Source: Raillietiella orientalis (taxonomy: Eukaryota). Taken from it: a DNA stretch of 64,000 nucleotides. Shown one piece after another: positions 1 through 12,465 of this stretch (within the stretch, counting starts at the first letter, position 1; each line of letters opens with the position of its first letter). The stretch covers positions 1,550,001 to 1,614,000 of the forward strand of contig JAYWIR010000035.1 in NCBI GenBank assembly GCA_036172245.1, in the 5' to 3' direction. A program made the translations under genes and the position numbers. The notes beneath the pieces were generated by a model, which saw only the letters and a list, made by a program, of their open reading frames with translations, ran no database searches and was not told the DNA's origin.

Positions 1-429
1 GCGTACCGCGTGCTTAATCGAGGTACCGACTGACTATACCAAGTGCTGATTAAAGTTACTATTGTAATTGTTTAATTACACCACATTGAAAAAAATATTT
101 TCATTTTTCCCAAACATATGTTATTTATTTAAAAACTATGATTATAATTCGAATAAACCAATAATTCAATCAAATTTTCAAGATATCACAAAAATGAAAA
201 ACAATATAGTAAATTCTGAACGACACTGAGAAAAAAACGAGAATAGTCAGCCGATATAAATAGAATTTTGTTTACTGCCGTTGCTAAGGGAATTTTAAGA
301 ACGTGATTGCATGCGTCCATCTCAAACATGGATGGTTTTAACTTATGTCTCTTGTAGAAGGTGAAAACATTCCTCAGACGCATAGATGCATCCACAGCAC
401 TCAAAGGGTTAAAGAGCTTTGTTAGCCTG

Positions 430-930
430 AACTCCCCCCTCCCCCCCCCTGCTAAGAAGACGAGCGGTTCTTCAGCACTTGGCGAACCAAAAAAAAAAAA
501 AAAAAACGAAAAATCGAAAAGAAAAAACAAAACGAGAAAAAAAGCCGGATGCGAAGCAGCGAAAACAGAAGAACCCCAAAGGATGTCCATCAGCCGCACC
601 TGACGCTTCTTCCCACGCGAAACGGCTCCCTAGAGTTTCGACCCCCCAGCAGTCGGTGTGGTTCCACAGAGCGGCGGTGTTCTTGCTCTCCATGAGCAGG
701 AAAAAGAAAAAAAAAGAAGGAAGCACGCAACCTCTCTGAATCTTCTTCGGCCGTATTCCCGCGCCTGCCTTGGCGTCCAAGGTTTTTCCCATTCAGGAAG
801 GATCCAAGTGGTCTCCCTTTCGAGGGAATCGCGTGCAAGAGAGCTCTCTGAAGTTGTTCGGGAGCAGCAGCTCCCCAGCGTGCAGGTCTGCGAACACGGG
901 TGGTTGCTTCGCCGATCCCCACCACCAAGG
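430..930 (-). mobile_element. Possible highly decayed 3' end of an L1-like element
   Basis: Minus-strand DCWGVETLGSRF...GHP loosely resembles the CxxCGxxETLxHL zf-RVT/C-terminal region of the elements at 33-47 kb, followed by a T-rich UTR-like tract. Very degenerate. Confidence 0.25.
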
Positions 931-3368
931 AGGTTCTGTTCTCCTTGACGGCAGCAGTTCCTCAACAGGAACGGAACACTCTGACAGGATATGTTCAATT
1001 TCACATCCCTGCCGCGGCCGTCGGGATGGAGAAGAAAGGAGGGCTTCTGCATCCAAGCGAACCCACATAGGGAGGAACCATAGGTACTCTTCAGCAGAGC
1101 GCGTGCTGCAGCAGCAGTCCCTCCTGTCTGAGGTCCCGCCCCACCAAATGCTCTCCTCAGGTAGGAGGTGATCAGGTGACCACGCCAAATAGTGAGCCAG
1201 GTCAACGGTGCGAGCCCTGCCGAGATGGTCCCGGCTCCTCTGAAGTGAGAGTGGGAAGACTTTCGAAATCAGGGAGGTGTGTCCGGTGCCTCCGGCACCC
1301 AGATGATGAACGAGAGGAACCGCCCTGCAGGCTGTGTAGAGTGGGAGGAACTTAATACAGGACACCACGACCATCATCTGACGATCAGGAGTGAACCTGG
1401 ACTGGCCGAGAGAACATCGTCCTTGAAACACAAAATCCTGGTGTTCGGTGCAGGCCCGTGGGCACCCACGGATGTTTCACCACGAATTATCCAAAAAAGG
1501 TACAGATGGTCTTATTTTTGCAAGAATGCTGACCACCGCTCACTTCCACTCCCAATAGAATGAGGACCGGGTAGCTTCTGATGAGATCACGGTTGTTACG
1601 GAAACGAAAGAAGTCTCTATCCCCTCCCATACGTAAGACCCGAGCGTCCTCAAGGAGGCTGGAAACGTTTGAAAGAGGAAGAAGGAGAGGATTCTATTGG
1701 CCACTGTTGATCCGTGGTCCTACGGCTGCATGCTCACCGTACAGACGAAAGATGCCTGGAAGAAAGAGAAGGCACGAATTCCGAGTTACGGATTCTGCGG
1801 TGTGCCTGCTTCAAGAGAAGGAATAGCATCCTCCTATATCCTACTCACAGAGCATTCCTTCTGGGATGAGTGTGTGTGCATGCGGGAAAGGGAGAAGTCG
1901 GGTCGCTGTGTGGCAACGGAGACTTCTTACAGTTGGCCGCAGCTCCTCTCCTTCTCGGCTGCTTGATAACTGAAGGGGGCCCCGCCTCCAAGCACCGCGA
2001 TCAAGAAGTGTCGCTGTTCCTGAAACCGGAAGCGAGAGAGACGTGCAGCGCACGTCAAACGCTCCGGCAAATCATCCGCGCCTCCCCAAGGCTTTCGGGA
2101 CGCATCCTTTCGTCTGGACGTGCCCTGGAGCCGCGTCGACTGTCGCCCAGTTTCCTCGTTCCGGCCCTCCGCTTCTATGAGACCTCTCCCTGGTTTTGAC
2201 CCCATGCACTCTGGGATGTCTCTGTTGGAAGGGAGGGTTCCGGGTGCGGATGCGACTTCGCGGGGTGCTGCGCCAGCGTCTGGTTCCTGAAACGGTTTTG
2301 GAAAAGAGGGAGGGACTTTCACCCGGATCTTTCCTAGGTACATGCCACGTCTCTTTCCAGACGTAGCGCGTCCCCCGGCCCCTTGCGAGGGCGGCTTTCT
2401 GAGTCTGCCCTTTCGCCGGGAACGATGCAAAGGCAGTGGCGCCCCCTCGCCTTCTCGGCTCGGAGCTGGACGACCCGAAGCTGTCGCTGCCGTGGCTCCC
2501 GCACTCTTCCGCTCGCCCTTGCCGCGTCGTGAGGGATCGATCCAGAAGCATCGCAGCATCCCTCGCGCTGCAGCGCACCGGACCGCCCGGCCTAACTGCC
2601 CCCCTCAGCCCACCTCACAGGCTAATCTTCCCGCGTCACGTGACCCGTGGGAGGGCGTGTTCGGAATCTACCGAGGCCTCTCCTTCAGCTTAGGTGGGGC
2701 TTCCTCCAGCGCTCAAGACACTGGTTGGCGGAAGGCAGGAGGACCCTTTGGTCTGGACGGAGCGGGGAGGACATCGTTTCTCGTCCCCAGGTTCGCCCGA
2801 GGCGTTTCTGTCTCCTCTACGTGCTCTCGAAGTAACAAGCGATGGAAATTTCCTTGAAAAGGGAGATAGGCCGCTGGAGAGAGGGGCGGATGCACCGGGA
2901 TGAGGAGGCAGCCTCTTGCTTTTTCGGGCTCTTCGCCCTCGGACACCTCTTGGAGCGGCCACATCTCCTCGTCCTCTTCCTTCTTCTTCCTCCTCTTCCT
3001 CCTCCTCTTCTTCTCGAGGGAAGGAGGCGGGAGGGAGGGGGAACTGGGAACGCACGGAGGTCCTCGAGAAGGGCGTCGACCGTCCACCTCCCTTCCCTCT
3101 CCCCAGCTCCCTCCTCCATGTCGCTTCCTGTTTCCTCCGGCGACAGATGCGTTTCATTAGTCGCCGCACCTCGGATCCGGGATCATCTGGAGAGTGGGCG
3201 GGTGGGAAAGCGGGGTAGAGGAACTGCAAGGAGCATTCAATGCGCTCCCGAGAACCTGGTGGGGAACCGCGAGGAAGGGTCGCGGTCCCTTGGATTGCCT
3301 TTGGGATCCTCGGACACCCTGGGAGTGGTTGAACGGGAAACGATCGATTCACACCGGTCTGGGGCTGA

Positions 3369-3389
3369 GTGTGTGTGTGTGTGTGTGTG
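3369..3389. repeat. (GT)n microsatellite
   Basis: About 10 perfect GT units read directly. Confidence 0.9.
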
Positions 3390-5082
3390 GTGGAGTGAAG
3401 GGGGAGGGGCAGGAAAGGGGAAAAAAGGAAATCCACCATTCAGCTGGTGGTTGCCATCCAGAATTCCTTCCTCCTTCAGAGGGCGGTATCCCACGGAGTC
3501 ACCAGATTCTTCCCGCGCGTGCGGCGCAGAGGACGGCGCCGGGAAGGGCAGGAGGGAGACGAGCAAGGACGCGACCCTGCTCCTGGAGGCAGCGAAGGAG
3601 GAGGATGAGAGAAATGAGGAGTCCGGCCCCCGGATGCACGGAGAGGACGGGGGAAGGTCGTTGTCGCGACGATGACCTTCCCCCGTCCTTCCTGGACTTC
3701 TCCCAGGGGCAAAGGAGGGAAAGCAAGAAGGGGAAGGGGTTTCTTCGAGGGCTAGGGCAGGACTCCCCCCTCCGGTGACGTCACTGGCAAACCCCAAACC
3801 CCCGCAGACCGCCGAAGCGGAAGTTCCTCGTTAGTCGCGCACTTCCGGTATTGCTCTCTGCGGGCTCTTTGTAGGGCGGATGCCGGTCTTCCCTCCTCCC
3901 CGCTGCGGCGGCGGCTTGGAGCGACCCTGCCGGCTCCTCTCTCCCCTCTCGTCCCTCAGGGCATCCCTCCTGGGGGCGTCCTGCAGGTCAAGAGGAAGGC
4001 AAAGCTCCGTCGCCTCTTCGAGCCATGGGCGCACTGGACCTGCAGGGCGGAAGGGGGCACGAAATGTGTGGGATGGGGGGGATTTTTTAGCCTGTGCGGG
4101 CGGAGGGCCCCGGTGCTGTCGCGATGGCACCCCAAAGGGTCAGAAACCATCGCGACCGCGGGGCTCGACCTACCCGGAGGGTAAGCATGGTGCGATGCCA
4201 CGTGGAATGGCAGAGGGAAGGGGGAGAGATCCGTGGCGTTGGGGAGGGGGTAAAAAAAACCGGGTGATCGTGGCGTCGGAGCGACCTCGTCTCCCAGTTC
4301 GCGCCTATCCCCGCTCAAACCCGAGCAGAGCTATCCGAGATGCGTTTGGTGGGAAAAGGCAGAGGGACGCCGCGTCCATCTCCAAGGGGGATGAGGCGAT
4401 CCAGGAGCTCTCTCTCCGCGGTGACCCCACACTCCTTTCGGAAGTCCCCTTGCCCTTCCGTCGTTGTCGGGAGGGAAGAGGGGTGGGGGAGGAGGGGGGA
4501 GGCAGGGGAGAGATATTCGTCATGGGACCACCGGAGGGAGAAGGGGGGGGGGTGCAGCGGGCCACTCCTTGCAGTCTTCCTCCGTCCTGTCGCTGGCTCC
4601 GGGCTTCATCCGCTCAGCGCGGACACCGACCCGGCGATGGCGTCCCGTCGTCACCGCCGTCGGGCTCCTGACCTGGAGCAAAGCGGGGTGCCCGCCCTCT
4701 GTCCGGCTGCCTATCGGAGGCCGAGCGACGGGGTGTCCCTCTAGAAAGACAATAAAGTCTTCCCCTCCTTCCTCCTGTCCCCGCTCCCTGAGACGGACGC
4801 CGCTCCTTTCGGTCCAGAGCAGGGCAAGAAGGAGGTGGAGTGTTGCTCGCGCTCGGAAGAGAAGGAAGGAGAGAGGGAGTGGGGGGGAGAAGGAGGGAGT
4901 CTGCCGGTCGGGAAGCGAGCAAGGAAGGAGGGAGGGAAGCGAGGGGGGGAGGAGGAGGAGGGAGAGCGAGGGCTCCCTCTCTCCCGCCGCCTCTCTCCCT
5001 CCGGCTCAACCACCCGCGCGCGGGACTCGACCTGCCAGTTGACACTTCGCTCGCTCGTGCGCGTGACTGCGGGTGCTTGGAG

Positions 5083-5363
5083 ATGAGCGCGGCCGCCGCT
5101 CCCGGGCAGCAGCAACAGCAGCATCCACAGCGGGGCCGACGCCGCCGACGCCGCACCTCCGCAGACGACGGGGACGGCGACGGTGAGAAGGCCGAGCATG
5201 ACCACCGCCACGACGACCCTCGGGATATGACCTCCACCCCTCGCCCCCTGGACACCGGCCCTTCGAGACCAGAGGCGGACGTCCAAATTGTCCTGCACGA
5301 CATGGATCTCTGGAATGCTTTCCAGCGCTATACCAACGAGATGATCGTCACCAAGGCCGGGAG
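5083..5363 (+). CDS. Bra: Brachyury-family T-box transcription factor, exon 1
   Basis: ATG 5083; ends ...VQIVLHDMDLWNAFQRYTNEMIVTKAG-R (T-box N-terminus); donor AG|GTGAGT at 5364, phase 2. Start codon is inferred. Confidence 0.9.
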
Positions 5364-8300
5364 GTGAGTGCCTGAGGAAAGGGACAGGGTAGAGAGAAAA
5401 GGGGGAGGGAGAGGGGAGGAAAGAGGTCTCCGGACAACGCGTGGGATCCCGAAAAAAACGTCATCGCCGAGATGGGTCGCTCTCTCCCGGAGGCCGCCAT
5501 CGCCCTGGAGGATCGTGAGCAGCGAAGGGCAGGGTGATGTGCTCCCTCGGTACCGAAGACCCTCACAGTTTCCGTGAATTCCGGGGTGCATGGCACGGAG
5601 AAGGGTCGGGAACGGATCCTCCTCTTCCTCCGCGAGCTGCTGCTCTCTCCAAGCGCTCCCGCACGGGGAGGAGCAGACACTCTGCCTCGGGAGGCTACGG
5701 CTGGGAGTGCATCCCCGAGGAGAGAGAGCCAGCCTCCCTCTCCCTTCTTCTTTGTTTCATTTGGATTGAAAGGGTCAGGAACACCTTCCTTCACGGGAAA
5801 GGGGGGCAGGGGAGGGGGAGGGAACCTTTCCGCACCGCTGCGGAACGCGTGCCAAGAAAAGCCCGCGACGGCGGTGGCAAAGCGGGGGAAGGGATATCGT
5901 ATCCCGATTCCTGCCTCTCTTCGTGTCCTTCAAGGGTGTTTCCCGTAGCTGCGATGGTGATCCCGCCTGAAGCAGCAGAGGCAGAATGCCGGGATCAAGG
6001 TGTCGTTCCTTTACCTGCCGCGTTGCGGTGCACTATCCGGGGCCGGCGCGCGAAGGATCGGTTTGCCGGTCCCCAGTCCCAGGTCTTCTTCCTTCCTCCA
6101 CTCCCACCCTCCTCACTCCACCCGGCCCCCTTTCCTTATCCCGAAATTCTCTCGGGAGGCATGGCAACGCGGGAACGATCGCCTGCCGGCAAGGCCGGGC
6201 GGGGGAGAGCTAACCTCGCGTGTAGGCGTTCGGAAAGATCGGAAGAGGAAAGCGGCCGAGGAGCTGACCGAAGGAGGGACCGTCTCCTGCCGTGGCTGAG
6301 GAGACTCCGGAGAGACGGGCAAAGGCGTCTCATCCGAATCAGGAGAGAGAAAGAGGAGAACGGAGGATGAAGTGGAGCACGCCGAGCGAACTTCCTCCCT
6401 CTTCTCCCCCCCTCCCCCCTTCCCTTACTCCGCGGCACTGCCGCCGCCGGCGGTGGCCACTCCCACGCTACAAATCTGCCTCCCGAGTGGGGAGAGCGCG
6501 CGTCTCCGCACCCTCTCCCGGCCTGTCCGCTGCCGGAGGCATGCCGGACGCACCTGGAGGTCCGACCCGAGAAGGGAGACGGACGGAGCAGAGCCGGCGG
6601 CTATCGAGACTGATAGTTCTGGCTCCAGGAAACCTCCGGCAGCGGACAGCGTGCAGCAGCGCCGCCGAGAGGTGCTCCCGGGAGCTGGTGACTCCTTCGA
6701 CAACCCGTCCAGATTGACTTCCTCTCTCCCCCCCCCTGGGATCGTGAAGATGCGAAGAGGTGGTGGTCCACCGCCGCTTAAGCTGCGCGCGATCGAAAGA
6801 TGGAAATGAGGCGGGAGTGGTCGAAGGTCCTAGGGGACGTCGCAAGGGGCACGGAGGATTAGCCGGCGAAGTCGCGAGCGGACGGGGCAGAGCCGGCAGA
6901 GAGTCCGGGCACGGTCCCTCCAGAGGAGCTTCGTGGCACCGCCGACCGGGAGGGGGGGCGTTCCCGCGGAACCTGGTCACGGGAAAGTCGGGATTTCCGC
7001 GTTTCCGAGGTGGCAAGGCTCACGTCTCCTCGTCCGGAAGGATCCTTCGGGGCCCTTGACGAAAACGCGGGAAGGGGGCGCTTGCACCGCCGGTCACGCG
7101 GCCCAGAACGCGAAGAGCAAGGAAGGGCGGAGCTCTGCGGTGCCTTGGGGAGTCCCTCGAAGCTTCGATGGTCGGCAGGAAACCTCGGGCGTCCCTCTGC
7201 AGAAGCGGTCGCCGGAGGCCTCGGAGCGAAGGTGGTACCGGTCTGCCCCCCCGTTCGCTACCTGGAAGGCCTGGATCCGACCTGAGCGCGACTCTGCCCT
7301 CCGGCACCCGGAAGAAGGAAGAGGAGGGGATCGGACACCAGTCGAGGCAACAGTTTTGAGGGAATTAGGGATCGTCAGGGATGCATCGACCCCGAAGATC
7401 CCCTCGAAACAGGACGGGAAACGGGAAGGAAACGAAGCTCTGGCCGGAGGAAGAAGATGCAGGAAGACTAGAATCCCAACGGCCTTTTGAAGGACTACGT
7501 GGAAAGATGATCCGCGGTGAAAACAAGAGCTGCTGCAAGGAGGAATACGGCAACTCTCCCCTCTCGCAGACGGCAGCGCAAGGAAAGGGTGGAAGGTTAG
7601 GCAAGACGGAGGAGTCCCTCTGGATTCGAGCGGCTTTCGGCGTCTCTTTCCGGGAGAGAAGGGAGGGGAAGTGTAAAGCAGGGAGGCGGCTATCGTTTGG
7701 CGGCCTCTCCTGCGGAGCGCGAAGGTGGCGGAGATCCGGACGAGAAGCAGCCAGGGTGGGGATCCGGCCAGAGACCAGGAGAGAGTCAGGCACGCCGAAG
7801 GACGTGGCGATCCGGACACCGTCGCTCCCGGGAGGAATCGAGCTGACCCGCGACGCCTCCTGCGATGTTTGGAAACGGGAACGCGTCTTGCCTGCGGAGG
7901 ACGTCGCCCGTCGCTGCAGTGCACTCCCCATAGACCAGGATCGAAACGCGCGGACATGAAGTGGGCGAACGGAAGGAGCAATGTAGCAACGGCGTCGTAG
8001 TGGGTTCGCACTTCTGCCTGAGAGCTCCCCCGTGATTACATGCAGAGAAGGAAGATTAGTGAAAGGGAAGAGAAAACGGGAGCTGAGGAATGCACCGAGC
8101 TTCCTTGTGGTTCCTCTTTTCCCTGACTCCTCGTGGAGATCACAGAGGCCTCCATCCCGTTTCCGGGACAACGGCGCACAGCATGGGAACGTTGATTCAC
8201 GTGCAACCAGAAGCTCGAGCACTCGCCCGCTGCGACTCGAGCAGCTCGGCAAACGCTCCGAGAGTGAAGGAGAGCCCGAGTGCCAAGAGATGCTCGAGAT

Positions 8301-10609
8301 GTGGGTTCCGCACGCTCGACTCTGTGCAGAGGATCTAGTCCCCAATGAGCCAAGGAGAAAACCTCCCGGAGGACTCGAGCTTCTACCCTTCCTCGCCCCT
8401 TTCTTTCCCCAGAGCAACCCTTCGAGCTCTCTCTCTCTGGCCTGCGAGAGATGGTGGTCCAGCATTCTGGATGCGGAGGCAGCACCGATCACACCGACGA
8501 GACGAGGTCTCTCGCCTGCCGCCACCGGCTCGCGAGGAGAAAGGTCGCACGAGGCTCCCGAGCGCCCTCGACCGGCAGCAGCTGAACGGCGAGCGTGGCG
8601 AGCCGTTCAGCTGCGGCTGGCACGGTGAGGCGCTCCAGCAGTCTCCTGGAGGGATCAGAAGCTTCGAAGGGGTCTACAGACCGAGGAGGAAGGAGCCAGT
8701 GTCCGGGACCCGCAGGGCGGAGGCAGTGCGGAGCCGCTGTGCACCGAGCTTGCGAGAGCGCGCCCCGGATCCGAGGGCGCTCGGGCGTGCCAGGGTCACT
8801 CCGCACCTTTGCTCCGGGTGGTCCAAGGCGAGGAGGAGAAGGCTTCTATGCTTGCACATCTCGGCGCAGTCCTCTGTTCGGAGGATTCCAAACAGCGTCC
8901 TTGCCTCTCTGCGGCAGCGGCGGCTCTGGCCACCCTGGGGCCAGTGCAGCGCCGCTCGGTTCTTCGGCGAGACCGGCGTGTTTGCGGCCCTCTGAGGCCG
9001 GGTCCCATTTCCGCCCGCGCGCGTCCCGCGCCCTCTCAACCACCTTCTCGCCATTCGATCCCGCACAGCCCGACATCGCTGCGTTCCCGCTCGGCAAGCA
9101 GGCGACCCACTCGTTTCCCCAGAGCCCCGGAACTTTTGGCTGACTTCGCCGATCCCGTCACTCCAGGCGAATTTTCACGAACCATTTCTGGTGCACCAGG
9201 GGGGACCCTCGGAAATCTCGAAAGTGAAGCTGATGGGGCTCGACGGAAGGGATCGATTCGAGATGGTCGATATCCGGAAGTTTCCTGGCTCCTGCTGCTC
9301 TCAACGAACTGTAGGAGCCGCTAGTGTAATCCGCGATAATAACGATAATGATACTAATTACCAAGGTAAATTGAGGAAGCGACTCAGTGGTGTATTCAAA
9401 TGCAAGTGTCTCTTGTTCCCTCCCTGAGTGGAACATTGCAGTTCTTTCATCCATGCACAGCAGCCCGAATTTCCCTCTCCCTCTCTCCTTCTTTCTCTTC
9501 TTTCCTTTTCTTTCTTTCTTTTATTTTTTTGACTGTTGCAGTTCGTCTTTCAGCGTTTCAATCATGGACTTTTTTTCTTCTGGAAGAGGCAGATGACTTG
9601 TTCAAAAAAAAGGCCAAGCACGTCCCCGTCAATATGTTTATCTTACGATAGGAGGCCTGTCTTTATTTTTTCTTCTTCTTCTTCCTCCTCTTCTTTTCAC
9701 CCCGCCTGCATCTCCTCTTCTTCGCTTTCCGAAAATCTTCCAAACACTTCGCTCTCTGCTGCCCGTTTTCGAGCTTCTTGAACCTTGGAGATTGTCAGGC
9801 TGGAGGATATTTATCGTGCTGAATGCAGAGGTCCCCTTTACACGCCCTCTCGGATTTATGAATTTCCTGTTTACCACCGATCTCGTTCAAGTCCATCCGT
9901 TGGCACCAATCTTTTTCTCGGCGGGGTCATCAGACTTCGATCCACCTCGGTTTGGACTTCGACGCACTCTTCTTTAGCGTCGCACAAAAGCGCCGTGTTG
10001 GAATCGGGCTGGCGATCTCTGCTGTTGCCGCGTTCCTCTTCCCTCGCCGCTCTGCCGCTGCGGCCATTTCGTTCCGTCTGAGGGATGCCTGGATCCGGAA
10101 GGAATGCGGCGGCGGCAACGAATCGCTCCCGCTAGTGGACCGATCGGCTTCTCTCGCGGGGCTGTCGGTGTGTCTTCGCGAGAGACCCGTCGCAGCGCAG
10201 GTCCTTCGCTGGTAATTTCCCGCCTCTCGGTTGAGGTTCGAGCGCGCGGCGGATCTTCCCGCTGGCCTCCCCGGTCTGGAAATCGAGCGAACGCGGGTCG
10301 AGAACGCCGCTTTGTCGGCACGAGAAGAATGGCGAGTAGGGCCGGCTCGAACGGATGCCCTTTGTTTCCTGCTGCCTCTCCAAAAAGGACAAGCGCTGGA
10401 GAAGAGCAATCATCGATGTCATTGTGATCTCTTGAATCGGAGCTGCAGAAGGCTGTGCCGCGACCGGAAGTGGAATACTCGGAAGCCGACACGCTCACCT
10501 GCTCCGGGTCTGACTGCACCCAGGAAATTCCCCAAGTTCCCACGCGCATCACAGCAACCAGTCCAACCCCAGCACCGAGCCTGGATTTGGGAACACTTGA
10601 GATACCAAG

Positions 10610-10764
10610 CGCCGCCTCTCTGCAGTGCTCTAGTTGGCGCAGGCGTCGGACAGCAGGAAGGGGGGGAACGCCAAGAAGAAGCTGGTCCTGGTTTTGTTCC
10701 TGTCTCCCCACTGCAAATAGCGACAGGGATGAGCCAGTGGAGTGGATCTGCGCCAATTGCTTGA
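10610..10764 (+). mobile_element. PHD-finger-like relic, probably decayed LINE ORF1
   Basis: LQCSSW...WFCSCLP...EPVEWICANCL has PHD-like C..WxCxxC spacing. PHD domains occur in CR1/L2 ORF1. No intact frame. Confidence 0.3.
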
Positions 10765-10807
10765 GGGAATCGAGGAAGACCTCGATTCCCTCAAGCAATT
10801 GGCGCAG
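10748..10807. repeat. Perfect 28-bp inverted repeat with 4-nt loop
   Basis: CTGCGCCAATTGCTTGAGGGAATCGAGG-AAGA-CCTCGATTCCCTCAAGCAATTGGCGCAG. Confidence 0.95.
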
Positions 10808-11622
10808 TGGATACGCAAAATAATGATAGCGGTGGGTTGCCAGAAGGACGGTTCGTCTCTCGATCTTCCGTGGGCTTATCCGAAAGGGATTCTCGCTCCT
10901 GCTTGTGGGCGGGAATTTGCACGCAGCGACGCGATGAACCCGTCGGATGGATTTCGAGCGGGACGCTCCCAAAGAGATAACGAAGGACGGAGGAGAGCGT
11001 CGCTCGTCTCGAGAACCAACCAATCAGCGGCTCGCCTAAGCTGCAGTGGAGTCGAGACGGAATCCGGAATGAGTCTTGAGGTTTTCCGAGGAGCCCAGGA
11101 ACGATCCCAAAGGGCGCGATTCAGCACATCCGATGGTGGCTTTTTCGTAGTCGGGGCTGCTCAATACTGAAAGTTCTCCTGAAAGAAGGGCGGAAGTTGT
11201 GGAGACAAAGGCTCACACTCAGGGTGAGCAAGAGTACGGGACCACGGGGAGGGAACGCTCCGAGATGGGGGCATCCTGACTCTTGTGGGGAAGGGGAGGA
11301 GAGAACAGGGGGAGGGAGAGGACATGACCGTGGAGCGGTTTCAAGAGGGGCCCCGCGTTGCAGAAGCGGTACTCCCTGCGAATCGGATTGCCGGCCCTGC
11401 TGGCTGGGAAGTAGGCAGTGCTGACTGCAGAGACCGGAGTGAGGAGGGGCAGAACCAGGGAGCGTCACTGGCATCCCGGTTTGCGAAGGGGAGAGGTTTC
11501 GATCGGGGAAAGCGTGGGGTTTGGAGATGCCCGACGAAAGACGGAGAGGCTCGTTAGGCGACCGGAAGGAGCAGCCACGTGACGCGCACCGGAGTGCAGA
11601 AAATGTCTGCAAAGTGAGTGGT

Positions 11623-12465
11623 TGGCACCCGGTCAGGCGGGAGCGTTTATTTATGAAATAAACATCCATGTCTGTGGCAGGACATTTCATCCTGACACGT
11701 TACTTATAACTACGAGGGGGAACCTGCCGGGAACTGGCATGCAGGCCGGCGGGGTTCGCCTCGGCAGCACAGCGGAAGAGGAGACAAAAAGAAAAACATA
11801 GAACAAAAAAACATACAGTCAAAAATGGGGGATTCGGGAAGAGAGCACTGTGTGCTAGAGAGTGTTCTCTGCATCCTTGTAAGGATTCCCGCAAGTTCTT
11901 GTTTCAATATTGCCAGACGGGGCCATCCTTATGAAGAAGACAGCAAGATAGATCCATCGTCCTGATCGGCATCCCTATCGTCCTGGCCTCCTCTGGCATT
12001 GCTCGACGCAGCCACGATCCCGCCGCGTGGGCAGCAAAGTGCTGCTAAGGATGCGGCCGGTATGAGGGCATCTTGCAGGAAGAGGCTCTTTAAAACGCCT
12101 TTGGCGTTGCCAACGGGGGTTCCTAGGGTCACAGCAAAGCGTCCACGAAGGGGTCGGAGGGCAACACAGTCCATTTGGAGGTGAGGGAGAGATTCCCGCT
12201 CCTTGCACCTTGCACAGTTTGGGTCCACACACACCTATGTCCAATGATGCCGGCGGGCATTGCACGGAAGGTCTCAGTGCAGCAGCATCAATGCCGAATG
12301 CTGCCACTTCAAGGGGAGGGTGCGGGTATTCATGAGCGCCGGGGCCACTGCAGATCTTCCTCCGCAAGACCCAGTAGCACGCCCCAGCGCAAAAGTCCAT
12401 GAGGTCGAGTACTCGGGGTCGCAGCGTCGGTGAGCTGGACCCAGTGCTGGGTGAGCTGGCCGCAG
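11623..12465 (-). mobile_element. 5'-truncated L1/Tx1-like LINE (copy L) in Brachyury intron 1
   Basis: zf-RVT VDPNCARCKERESLPHLQMDC...AALCC, 3'UTR, terminal motif at 11626-11651; 15-bp TSD TGCAAAGTGAG(T/C)GGT at 11608-11622 and 12466-12480. Confidence 0.85.

Noticed and set aside
2317..2345. Possible tenth CCGGGTG-AAA terminus on minus
   Set aside because: No AATAAA, broken stem, and no UTR hairpin or ORF2 end nearby.
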